Positions 9,524-18,611 of a stretch of DNA of 64,000 bases are shown piece after piece (the first letter of the stretch is position 1; each line of letters begins with the position of its first letter). Below the pieces are notes generated by a model. It did not search any database. It saw only the letters and a program-made list of their open reading frames with translations, and was not told the origin of the DNA. A program made the position numbers and the translations under genes. Origin of the DNA: Nitrospirota bacterium (GTDB lineage Bacteria; Nitrospirota; UBA9217); assembly GCA_963754875.1 (NCBI GenBank), contig CAVWHO010000007.1, positions 96,001 to 160,000 on the forward strand, given 5' to 3'.

Positions 9524-9773
9524 TTACGACTTCTTGATGTAGAGCTCCCACAAGCCTTTGTCGTCGAGCTTGACAGCCTCGAACGTGTAGCCCTGTTTCT
9601 CGGCATAGCGCGGGATGCTGTCCTCGGCCGATGCCGGAGCATCGCACAAGACCTTTATGGTCTGTCCGCTCGCAGAGCTTTTCAAGCGCCTTCTTGGTCA
9701 GAAGCAGCGGATAGGGGCACACCCTGCCGAGAGTGTCCAACGTCTGGTCCGGTGTTGCGGTTTTGATTGACAT
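9524..9773 (-). CDS. tusA: TusA/YeeD-family sulfur carrier (one +1 frameshift near 9675)
   Basis: LDTLGRVCPYP motif; removing one base restores GQTIKVLCDAPASAEDSIPRYAEKQGY...LWELYIKKS*. Confidence 0.8.
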
Positions 9774-10059
9774 GTTCTTCCTCCTTGATGATAGTGAACG
9801 TATATTCAGGCCATCATGGAAAACGGCCCTTTGACTGACATGGTGCTGATATCGTGTTCACGTGGAAAACGCGAGGTGTTGTTGCTGAATGCACCACCCC
9901 CTCATGCGTATATATTCGTAACACATTGTTACAGAAGCTTAGAACAACACGGGAACACGTTTGGTACGTTATCAAAAACCCGGTTTTCTGTCAATACTCG
10001 TTTTCGGGTTTTCGCAATAAAATCAGTATTTATGATAGTTATAACGGCAAAAGACTTGC

Positions 10060-10446
10060 TTATAGCAGTGAAAGGATGGTGAGGCAGATCACCGCTGCAA
10101 GCAGTCCGAATCCTGTCGCAGCGACAACTTTACGGTATCGGAGAGCTGTTTTTTTGCTATTGTCCAAAAACGGCGCCAGGAGAATCACACTGAAGGCCAG
10201 GCCCGGAAGCAATACGGCTCCCACGAAGGTCCATCTGCCCGGAAAGTACTTGGTAAGCTGATAGAGAAAGAGGAAATACCATTCAGGCCGGGGGCTGTAC
10301 TGGGCCGAGAAATCTACTTCTCTGCCTACTGCGGGCGGGAACAGGACGGCAAACAGGAGTACTACCTCGACGGTAAGGAGCACAATAAGGGTGATCTCGA
10401 AGACATATACGGGAAAAAAGGTGTTCTCGTTTTTTTTGTCCATCAT
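10060..10446 (-). CDS. Cytochrome b C-terminal subunit (subunit IV / PetD-like)
   Basis: PRPEWYFLF Qo motif; 3 TM segments; no CxxCH. Confidence 0.85.
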   Translation of the reverse strand: MMDKKNENTFFPVYVFEITLIVLLTVEVVLLFAVLFPPAVGREVDFSAQYSPRPEWYFLFLYQLTKYFPGRWTFVGAVLLPGLAFSVILLAPFLDNSKKTALRYRKVVAATGFGLLAAVICLTILSLL

Positions 10447-10566
10447 TCACCATCGCTCGATGCTATAAAAATCTGGTTGACCATGGGCAATACCCTGCTC
10501 TCTCGGGCCTTATGTCGTTTCTCGCTGGCTTCCATTCCGCGCCCCTCATTCAACCGTCCGGCTTTG

Positions 10567-11220
10567 CTACATACCTCCCGATATCCCCACTCTTCTTAAT
10601 ATATGGAAATGTATCCACAGAAAGACGCCGGTGAAGACAGGGAACCACAGCATATGCATACTGTAAAACCGGAGAAGCGTTTGCCCCGTCACTTCGGGTC
10701 CGCCGCGTACAAAGGCCGCCAGTGACGGTCCTATAAACGGCAGGGAACCGAGCATGTTGGTTCCCACCACCGTGGCCCAGTAGGCCTTCTGGTCCCAGGG
10801 CAGGAGATAGCCGGTAAAACCGAAGGACATCGTCATTACGAGCAGCAGCGTGCCGGCCACCCAGTTCAATTCGCGGGGGTTCTTATAGGAGCCGGTGATA
10901 AAGACCCTGAGCATATGGGCCAGGACCATCACCACCATCAGGTTTGCGGCCCAGTGATGGGTCGCGCGAAGCAGACGTCCGAGCGGAACAACCTGGTGCA
11001 GGCGCTGGATGCTCCGGTAGGCCTCTGCCTCCGACGGCGTGTAGTGCATGGAGAGGAGGAGGCCCGTGATCACTTGGAGAACAAAGAGCGTAAACGTAAC
11101 GCCGCCGAAGCAGTAAAAATAATTGATCCATCCGGGCACCGGTTTGTCCATGATCCGGCGGTGTCGGTTCGTGAATCCCATGCGCTTATTGAGGTAATCG
11201 AAAAGTCTCATCCGAATCAC
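10567..11220 (-). CDS. petB: Cytochrome b6-like N-terminal subunit
   Basis: YCFGG, RATHHWAAN, HMLRVF, FGFTGYLLPWDQKAYWA, LLRFYSMH. Confidence 0.9.
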   Translation of the reverse strand: MIRMRLFDYLNKRMGFTNRHRRIMDKPVPGWINYFYCFGGVTFTLFVLQVITGLLLSMHYTPSEAEAYRSIQRLHQVVPLGRLLRATHHWAANLMVVMVLAHMLRVFITGSYKNPRELNWVAGTLLLVMTMSFGFTGYLLPWDQKAYWATVVGTNMLGSLPFIGPSLAAFVRGGPEVTGQTLLRFYSMHMLWFPVFTGVFLWIHFHILRRVGISGGM

Positions 11221-11253
11221 TTTGTACTATGAACTCTGAACTGTGAACTTATT

Positions 11254-11706
11254 TTAGACTTTAACACCCACCAGCACCATGCCGTCCTGCGTCTTCACCG
11301 GAAACCGCGTGAGCGGCGCGGGAGGCGGGCCGGCAATGTTCTTCCCCGTCAAATCGTATCTCCCTCCGTGGCAGGGGCAAACAAACTCGCACTTGTCTTT
11401 TTGATAATTGACAAGGCAGCCGAGGTGGGAACAGACTGCGGAAAAGACAGTCGGCCCTGCAGCAGACGCTACAATGAAGACCCGGGCCTTCCGTTCTTTA
11501 CCATTCACGGAAAAAGTGAGTTCGGTTTTTTTTACGCCGGCGCGCGGGACATCGTCTTCGGGGATGAGAGGAAAGAAAGCGAGCTCCTTATCACGAGCAG
11601 GAAGGGGAGCAGAAATTTTTATCGCAGGGACCAGAAAGCCGAGACCGAGGAGCCCAAGGAGACCGTAGAGCGCTTTTTTCGAGAATTCCCTGCGGTTTGT
11701 TTCCAT
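11254..11706 (-). CDS. Rieske [2Fe-2S] subunit
   Basis: Tat-like NRREF; CSHLGC and CPCHGGRY boxes; GPPPAPL. Confidence 0.9.
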   Translation of the reverse strand: METNRREFSKKALYGLLGLLGLGFLVPAIKISAPLPARDKELAFFPLIPEDDVPRAGVKKTELTFSVNGKERKARVFIVASAAGPTVFSAVCSHLGCLVNYQKDKCEFVCPCHGGRYDLTGKNIAGPPPAPLTRFPVKTQDGMVLVGVKV

Positions 11707-11858
11707 GAGTTTTTATACTACGATGTAGGGTGCGTGTCAACGACAATTCCGAACAAGTAAAAAAAGGAAGATGTGGATATGCGTTGAGATCGAGGGTGCC
11801 GGAACAAGCAGATGCTATTGCGGTATAAGCGGTATAAAATGACGCCAAAGGGTCGTGT

Positions 11859-12479
11859 TTACATGGGCTGGAAACCAGCAGGACAATAATTAAACTTCCC
11901 TATCTGAAAATCCGTTTGTGACGTAAACGTGACTGGCACTCCATTTTCACTGTGTCCCATGAATGTATAAGTGGCCGTATAATTATTGAGGAAGCTCGGC
12001 GCAGTCAGCGCATCGGTATTGTATTGATTTTTTCTTTTCAGATCAACTAATTCTACAGTGATACTTGTCACAGGACTTGGCGTCGCACTACTCACGATGA
12101 AACTGATTGTTTTGTTCCTTGTATCCGACTGTATTGACGGCGCGCCGGCTGAATCTGCCGAAGCCTGATAATCAATGGTATAGCTGTCAATATAAACTAT
12201 TAACTGCTTAATAACGTTGCTCGGGTTAATAAGACTCGCGCTGATTGAAACTGTCGCAGTATGATCGGCAAAATACTCAAGTTGTGTCGTTCCGCTGGGG
12301 TCCGTGCAAAGGTTCTGAACTGCGTCGACGGAAGAAGTATTTACTCCATTGTACGTCGGCGTTATCGTCGCGCTGACGGTGACACCGGGGCTGTCTTTGC
12401 TGCCCCCCCCGCACCCGCTCGTGAAAAGTGCAGCTGCAAAAATACACATGGCACCGTAGTTACGAAGTCTATGCTTCAT
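11859..12479 (-). CDS. Lipoprotein downstream of pilQ
   Basis: Lipobox FTSGC then GGGS linker; S/T-rich beta-type sequence; two further Cys. Confidence 0.7.
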   Translation of the reverse strand: MKHRLRNYGAMCIFAAALFTSGCGGGSKDSPGVTVSATITPTYNGVNTSSVDAVQNLCTDPSGTTQLEYFADHTATVSISASLINPSNVIKQLIVYIDSYTIDYQASADSAGAPSIQSDTRNKTISFIVSSATPSPVTSITVELVDLKRKNQYNTDALTAPSFLNNYTATYTFMGHSENGVPVTFTSQTDFQIGKFNYCPAGFQPM

Positions 12480-12600
12480 AGATCAGTCCTCCCCGTCGAC
12501 TGCATAGGGCTTCCGGTCGATGGATTCCGCACATTCTGGCAGAGCAGGAAAGCCTTTATCGGCTTTTCATAGAACAACACAGAAACTCGAAGCCGTTTTG

Positions 12601-13989
12601 TTATTCCTTTACAATCGTCGGCGTAATAAAAATCATGAGCTCATCTTCAATCTTGGATGTGCTTTTATTCTTAAAGAGCCAGCCGAGGATCGGTATCTTG
12701 GACAGGAATGGCACTGCTGCTTCGGATTCCGCCTCAGTCTTGGTGAGGATCCCTCCGAGCACGATTGTCTCGCCGTCGTTCACGAGCACCTCTGTGTTGG
12801 CATCACGCTTCGTGATCGTGGGAATTCCGTCTACTTCCCGGGAAAAATCAGGTTCCGATTTTTCCACTTTGATTACCATGGCGATTTTATTGTCGCTCGT
12901 AATCGTAGGAATTGCCGAAAGCGAGAGGCTTGCGGATATGATTTGAACCCCGGCGGTGTTCGTGCTGCCTGCCCCTGTGTTGGCTGTGGCGCTCACAATT
13001 CTTACCGGGATATCGGTGCCGCTCGATATTTTCGCTTCCTTGTTGTTGATTGTCAGTACTTTCGGGTTCGACAGTATCTTTCCGTTGCCTGTTGTCTGCA
13101 TTGCCGATAGCTGGAGATCGAGCGAGAGCTTGCCGCCGAGTTTGCCGAAAGAGATGCCGAGCGCGCCGCCCGAGCCGGCGCCCACCGCGGCCGGCAAGTT
13201 CACGGCATAGGCATTGCCGCTCAGTCCAACATCACCGGTGAGGGGAAAAAAGGCCGAAGTCCCGATTGCAGACGACGACCCGCTTGTTCCGCCGCTCGTG
13301 CCGCTGTTGACGCCGGTAACGCCGCCGGTCACGACCGTGGTACCGTTACGACCAATACCCGTATACTGGCCGCCCCACTGGACTCCGAGGTCCCTGGCGT
13401 AATTCGTCGATACTTCTACGATCTTCGCCTCGATCAGCACCTCCGGCATTTTCACGTCAAGATTCCTGAGCAGCCGGGCCATCTCGTCCAGATTCAGGGA
13501 TAGGTCTCTGACCACGATTGCGTTCATTCTGTTGTCGACCGAAAGCTTTGCCCTCTCGCTTTTGACCTTCTCAATGATAGGAAGAAGGTCCTGGCTGCTG
13601 GCGTGACCGAGAGGATATACCCTGGTTTCCATATCGATGTCTCTCACGTCCGACAGTGCAAGCACGCGGACCATATTTGCATCCCGCACGTACGTAAGCC
13701 CCTTGGTCTTCAGGATGGATTCCAGAGCTGCCCACAAATCCACGTCTTTGAGGCTAAGCGTCACAAGTCCCGAAACGCTGTCATTGATGATGATATTCAG
13801 GTTTGCTGCCTGCCCCACGGCGCGTAAAACGTCTTTAATTTCCGCATTGCGAAATTCCATGGAGAGGGGGGCCCCCGTTACTCCCGTGACTTCGATCGTA
13901 TCTGCGTCAGCGTTGCCAAGCGCAAGCAATGCCAATGCGGCTACCAGCAAAACGATGCGGCCACGGCCTACACGTGGGATTCTTGCCAT
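12601..13989 (-). CDS. pilQ: Type IV pilus secretin
   Basis: SMEFRNAEIKDVL, VLIEAKIVEV, LGVQWGG, VPFLSKIPILGWLF and ELMIFITPTIV motifs. Confidence 0.92.
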   Translation of the reverse strand: MARIPRVGRGRIVLLVAALALLALGNADADTIEVTGVTGAPLSMEFRNAEIKDVLRAVGQAANLNIIINDSVSGLVTLSLKDVDLWAALESILKTKGLTYVRDANMVRVLALSDVRDIDMETRVYPLGHASSQDLLPIIEKVKSERAKLSVDNRMNAIVVRDLSLNLDEMARLLRNLDVKMPEVLIEAKIVEVSTNYARDLGVQWGGQYTGIGRNGTTVVTGGVTGVNSGTSGGTSGSSSAIGTSAFFPLTGDVGLSGNAYAVNLPAAVGAGSGGALGISFGKLGGKLSLDLQLSAMQTTGNGKILSNPKVLTINNKEAKISSGTDIPVRIVSATANTGAGSTNTAGVQIISASLSLSAIPTITSDNKIAMVIKVEKSEPDFSREVDGIPTITKRDANTEVLVNDGETIVLGGILTKTEAESEAAVPFLSKIPILGWLFKNKSTSKIEDELMIFITPTIVKE

Positions 13990-13999
13990 AAGCGCCTCC

Positions 14000-14416
14000 C
14001 TACTTCCGAATGGAAAAGTTTTCCAGAAAAATCTCTTCTGTGCTGCCTGTACTGCTCATGAGCACGATGCTGCTTTTACGGATGTTCATCAGTTTCTGGT
14101 CCCCGACCATGCTTCCTTCCTTGACTATTTCACCGCCGATGATTGCGATGCGAACATCTTTACCGTAGATAATCCCGGTGACTTTCTTCTCTGGCGCACG
14201 CGTAGCCGGAGCGGCCACAGTTCCTTCAAACGGCTTGGAAAAGGGATCTCTGCCCCATTTGCCGCCGCTGTCTTGTGAAGTGATCGTGGCTGAAGAGCCA
14301 GGCCTGTCGCCGAAGAATGGGTCCCGCTCCTGCCCGCCCTGCTGTGCGGAAACAACGCTCGTGAGGGCCGCCGTTGCGATCATCATCCCTATATATAGTA
14401 TTGTCTTGTGTATCAT
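14000..14416 (-). CDS. PilP/MshK-like pilus assembly protein
   Basis: RDPF repeats; VTGIIYG...AIIGG; lies between pilO and pilQ. Confidence 0.7.
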   Translation of the reverse strand: MIHKTILYIGMMIATAALTSVVSAQQGGQERDPFFGDRPGSSATITSQDSGGKWGRDPFSKPFEGTVAAPATRAPEKKVTGIIYGKDVRIAIIGGEIVKEGSMVGDQKLMNIRKSSIVLMSSTGSTEEIFLENFSIRK

Positions 14417-14541
14417 GAACCGGATAGCCCGAAACCGAAATGCTTCTTACATATATATAGCTAAGAATTTCTTCGCCGCCCTTTCGTCAAGGGCGAGGAA
14501 TCTACTTTGTCGTCCAAATTCGCAAACTGCTTTGCAGTTCT

Positions 14542-15108
14542 CTACTTTGCCAAATACGTGACCGCTTCCAGCTGCGTCGCACATGATGAAGAGGCGTCCG
14601 GGCAGGCGTCGACCCGGAGCTTCCGTATATTCACCAAGCGCGACTGATGTTCAATGTGTTTGAAATACTCAGCCAGCTCGCGATATCGACCTTTGAGGTC
14701 GAGACTCATGGTCACTTCCTTATGATTATCCTTTTCAATCTCCTGCGAAGGATGCACGGCAATCAGGCTGACTCCTTCCTTCCGCGCCTCGGCAGAAACA
14801 TCTTCCAGGACCAATATCACTCCCTTTTGGTCCGCAAGCTGCCAGCCCTGTGCACCTGCCTTGATGTCCGCGGCCCTCGCCTTCAGATCGGCAATCTGGA
14901 GGGAAAGATCGACGATCGATTTCTGCGTGGCATCAATGTCTGCTTTTACCGATGAAATCCTGCTTTCCGCGATCGTATAGGGAAAACGGTATATCAATCC
15001 TCCGGTGAGCGTCAGTATCACCAGGAACATAAGAATACGCTCACGCGTAGAAAATTTACGCTGGAATAAAGCGGCCATCAGGGCACCCCTTGGGTTTTCA
15101 CACCGCAA
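14542..15108 (-). CDS. pilO: Type IV pilus assembly protein PilO (start may be ATG at 15079)
   Basis: STRERIL, TM and coiled coil; LKGRYRELAEYF...RLVNI. Confidence 0.8.
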   Translation of the reverse strand: MRCENPRGALMAALFQRKFSTRERILMFLVILTLTGGLIYRFPYTIAESRISSVKADIDATQKSIVDLSLQIADLKARAADIKAGAQGWQLADQKGVILVLEDVSAEARKEGVSLIAVHPSQEIEKDNHKEVTMSLDLKGRYRELAEYFKHIEHQSRLVNIRKLRVDACPDASSSCATQLEAVTYLAK

Positions 15109-15644
15109 TGGATTTCGAACCCCACTACATCTCGGCCTTGGACCGTGGATTTCTGCGCAAACAAAAGCTCCGGCTTTTCAAAATATCCCGTCTGCTCCAT
15201 GGCGAGCATAAAATCAGAGATCAGGCGATAGTTGAACGCGCCCCCCCTGATCTTGATCTCTGCCTGGCCGACCGAGCTACCTTCCAGGCTGTCGAACCAC
15301 ACTCCGCGTGGAATAATATGCGAAAATTGTTGAAAGACTTCGGACCACAAAACTCTCTCTTTCAGCAGGCTTTGTATCAGTGTCGCCTGCTGGGGATCTG
15401 CATTCGGCCCGGTCAACCCGAGCTCTGCGCGGACCGCGGCAACCTGCTGTTCGAGCGCAAGTTTCTGGGGCGTCAACGAAGCCAGGCTGGCCCGAAGGTC
15501 CATCCACTGTTTGGCCTTCAAACCGAACAGGACGAGCCAAACGAGCACAAAGAGGGTACCGGCAACCAACCAGGGACTTGAGGCTTTAGCCGGCTTCTTA
15601 TCCTTCGGCGGAAGAAGGTTTATGTACTCTTGTACTGTTTTCAT
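15078..15644 (-). CDS. pilN: Type IV pilus assembly protein PilN
   Basis: INLLP motif; TM; IPRGVWFDSL. Confidence 0.88.
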   Translation of the reverse strand: MKTVQEYINLLPPKDKKPAKASSPWLVAGTLFVLVWLVLFGLKAKQWMDLRASLASLTPQKLALEQQVAAVRAELGLTGPNADPQQATLIQSLLKERVLWSEVFQQFSHIIPRGVWFDSLEGSSVGQAEIKIRGGAFNYRLISDFMLAMEQTGYFEKPELLFAQKSTVQGRDVVGFEIHCGVKTQGVP

Positions 15645-15699
15645 GAGGCTTCTATTACTTTCTCTTTCCAGTTTTGCCTGGGGGATGAGGGCTCAATTT

Positions 15700-16725
15700 T
15701 CACATCTTCCTTAGCGCCAGACCCACGACCGCCGAGAAACACGGCGCCAGGGGGCCGAACTCCGCCCCGAGTGCATCCTCGCATTTCAACGCGCCAAAAG
15801 GATCGCAGCGCTCGACAGGGAGACCGAGAGACTGGGAAAAATATTCCGGAAGCCCCCTCATAAGAGTAGCTCCGCCGGTCACGACCGCCCGGTCCACTGC
15901 CTTTTCGTGGGATGTCGTCCTGTAGTATTCGACGGAGCGTCGGATTTCCATAAGGAAAGCGTCGAGCCTGCCGACAACGGCTGCAACAGTCTTGTTCTTT
16001 TCCGGAGACGCCAGCAGATCAATATTCCGCTTGAATGCCTCGGCGTCCTGCATGCCCACATTCAGATCGTCTGCCACAAGGCGGGTGAGGTCCGCTCCCC
16101 CTGTCTCCAGACAGCGGCTGAAACGGAGAATCCCACCCTTGAAAATATCGATTTCCATTTTTCCGGCCCCGATGTCCACGACAAGGGTGTCCGCTGCGGC
16201 ATTCTCACCGCGAAAAAAGAGGACATTGCGCAGCGCCAAAGCGTTCGCGTCCACAGCCGAAATTTTGATGCCTGCTTCATCAAAAGGAAGAAGGTGCTCC
16301 TTTACCTTGCTTGCGTCGGCCGCCACCATGACAAGATCGTACTTGTCAACCGTCCCTTCTTTTTTTTCATCCGTGATCAGATACTCTACGAGCGCCGTAT
16401 CGAGGGGATAGGAAATATGCCGTTTTGCCTCCCAGCGGACGGCCTCGCGCAATTCGGCAAGCGGCATCTTAGGAAGGGTAAGCGAGCGGATGGTAAGGTC
16501 CTTACCGGGCATCTGCGTGATGACGTTTTTGCGACCGATTTTTTTCTCGGAAAATAAATACCGAAGGTTCGTGCCGACGGACTCACCAGCGGCAGCATCA
16601 GGCGAGAACTCGATGATAGCGGCGGCGAGAAGCTTTGGCTGCTTGCCTTGCCTGATCCGCACGGCCTTGATGCCGCCCGCGCCGATGTCGATTCCCGTTA
16701 TTTCATTCGGTCCGAATAGTCCCAT
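15700..16725 (-). CDS. pilM: Type IV pilus assembly protein PilM
   Basis: GIDIGAGGIK, VVDIGAG, VTGGA and AVVGLALR actin-like motifs. Confidence 0.92.
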   Translation of the reverse strand: MGLFGPNEITGIDIGAGGIKAVRIRQGKQPKLLAAAIIEFSPDAAAGESVGTNLRYLFSEKKIGRKNVITQMPGKDLTIRSLTLPKMPLAELREAVRWEAKRHISYPLDTALVEYLITDEKKEGTVDKYDLVMVAADASKVKEHLLPFDEAGIKISAVDANALALRNVLFFRGENAAADTLVVDIGAGKMEIDIFKGGILRFSRCLETGGADLTRLVADDLNVGMQDAEAFKRNIDLLASPEKNKTVAAVVGRLDAFLMEIRRSVEYYRTTSHEKAVDRAVVTGGATLMRGLPEYFSQSLGLPVERCDPFGALKCEDALGAEFGPLAPCFSAVVGLALRKM

Positions 16726-16772
16726 AAAATAAGCAGCTCAGAACTGCAAAAAGATCCTCACGTTCATTTTTC

Positions 16773-16810
16773 TACAGTTACAGTTAACTGTAACTACAGT
16801 TACGCTGTAA
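16773..16810. promoter_or_regulatory. Perfect 20-bp palindrome with ACAGTTA repeats upstream of pilM
   Basis: AGTTACAGTTAACTGTAACT (16776-16795) is self-complementary; about 50 bp from the pilM start. Confidence 0.55.
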
Positions 16811-16917
16811 TAAATAACCACGAATCCCACTCACTGTCAAGGGAAAACTGTTAGTCATCAAATTTCTGGTCGTCGGGCGATTTCCCCGGTAATAAAGTGC
16901 CGCGTTCCCCCTGCATT

Positions 16918-18594
16918 TCACTCTATGTCCTCATGCCAAATGCCGGTGTCGGTGGCATTCATATCGCCGGTATTGAAGGGATTGACGGTTACCGTGGTCT
17001 GTTTCACCCTCGTCACTGGCGGCACCGCATCGTCGGTGATCGTAACGTCAAAGGTGTAGTTCCCTGGCGCAAGAGGTGTTTGTGAAAAAAGCAGGGAATA
17101 ACTGCCGCCACTCCCTCCCGGAGGGATACGGTCCGCTGCGGCCTGCGCAGTAAAGGTCGTTGATCCTGCAGGTCTTGTCCAGGAGTCATCGTCAACGATT
17201 GCCATGTTAGTCACGAGTGCATAGCCATCATCATCGAAGGTCCAGCCGGCAGGAATGGAAATCGTGACTTGATTGATATTGGAACAGGCCCAGTTCTCAA
17301 TATTCCAGCTAATTTCCGCATCAGTGCTGTCGGCATTCGTCGTTCCGGCATTAACGATGTACCCGTCCACATCCCGCACTGTCGACGTGGCCGTCGCCGT
17401 CGTAAGAACGCCGTTCGTTGCATAGCCTTGAACAGCATAGGTCTCATTCGGAAGCCCGGTCACCGGTGCCGTCCAGGTAAAGGTGCCGGTAGCACCGTTA
17501 GCTATCGAGATCGGCGTTTGTGCCGCCGGGTTGAACGTGCCGATCGCGGCCGAGCCGGTAACCACAGGGACAAGAGCTGAAGGGACTACATTGTTCACAG
17601 CAGCTCCCGTGGTGTTTGAGACGACCATCACAAATGTTGCAACATCGCCGGAATACAGACAGTCCGGATTATTCGTAAATGAAGTTATGGAAAACCCGCA
17701 AACCAGTGCCGAATTGATGTTTACGGTAGAAGAAGATATCGTCGCAGATGTTCGTGATGTGCCCGAACTGGTAGTACAACTGCCGTTGGTGCTCGCACAA
17801 GCGGTAAAATAGACCGACCCGCCGGTAGGACCGGTATCCGTAAGCGTGTAATTCCATGTAATGATCCCTGTGGCTCCGGCATTCAGGTTCAGGGTGGGAG
17901 GGTTGGGCGCCGGCGTCGGATTATTAACGTTAGCGCTGGTCGTGTTCGCCGTCGTCCGCGGTGAAGGCACCGGAGCAATAGCGTTCACCGTTCCGCCGGT
18001 TTTATTCGTCACCGTCATGGTCAAGGTAAATTGGCAATTGTTCCCTACACTAGTAGACGAGGGGACCAGTGTCATGAGAAGCGACTTCCAGGTCCAGGCG
18101 CCTTGGTTATAAAGGTTAGCGGTCCGGGTCCTCGATCCAGTCCAGAACGAGGCGACCACACTGCTCAATACGTCATTCCTGTCAGTGGTCAAGGTCGTGT
18201 TGTTAATGATGTTAAAAGTAAAGTTTTGCGAACCGGGCGATGAAATTCTGTTGGCCGTGGCATTCGCAGAGCAGGTGATCCTCCGATAGTTGCTTCCTGA
18301 TGACCTCGATAATGAGCATGTCCAACCCGTTACGGCTATGGTTTGCGGAGGGAAAAAACTGTACGTTCCGGACACATTGAACTGTACTGTTGTTATTTTT
18401 TCGCCGACATTACCTCCGTTACTGGTATTAGCAACGGTGAAGGTCATGGGTTGAGCAGCGCCCATAGGGAATACAGCAGGCGTAGTAACCTGTTTCACCG
18501 TAAACTGACGCGTGGCCTCTGCAGGGGTCTGCCAGAGGCACAGCACGGCGCAGACAAAAAAGGCAAGACCCATTTTTTTTAAACTACTCGTCAT
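16918..18594 (-). CDS. Secreted T/S/N-rich multi-Ig-like protein, candidate pilus tip adhesin
   Basis: Signal peptide; repeated beta-sandwich-like units with Cys pairs; follows the minor pilins. Confidence 0.65.
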   Translation of the reverse strand: MTSSLKKMGLAFFVCAVLCLWQTPAEATRQFTVKQVTTPAVFPMGAAQPMTFTVANTSNGGNVGEKITTVQFNVSGTYSFFPPQTIAVTGWTCSLSRSSGSNYRRITCSANATANRISSPGSQNFTFNIINNTTLTTDRNDVLSSVVASFWTGSRTRTANLYNQGAWTWKSLLMTLVPSSTSVGNNCQFTLTMTVTNKTGGTVNAIAPVPSPRTTANTTSANVNNPTPAPNPPTLNLNAGATGIITWNYTLTDTGPTGGSVYFTACASTNGSCTTSSGTSRTSATISSSTVNINSALVCGFSITSFTNNPDCLYSGDVATFVMVVSNTTGAAVNNVVPSALVPVVTGSAAIGTFNPAAQTPISIANGATGTFTWTAPVTGLPNETYAVQGYATNGVLTTATATSTVRDVDGYIVNAGTTNADSTDAEISWNIENWACSNINQVTISIPAGWTFDDDGYALVTNMAIVDDDSWTRPAGSTTFTAQAAADRIPPGGSGGSYSLLFSQTPLAPGNYTFDVTITDDAVPPVTRVKQTTVTVNPFNTGDMNATDTGIWHEDIE

Positions 18595-18611
18595 AGAACT
18601 GCTCCCTGCCG

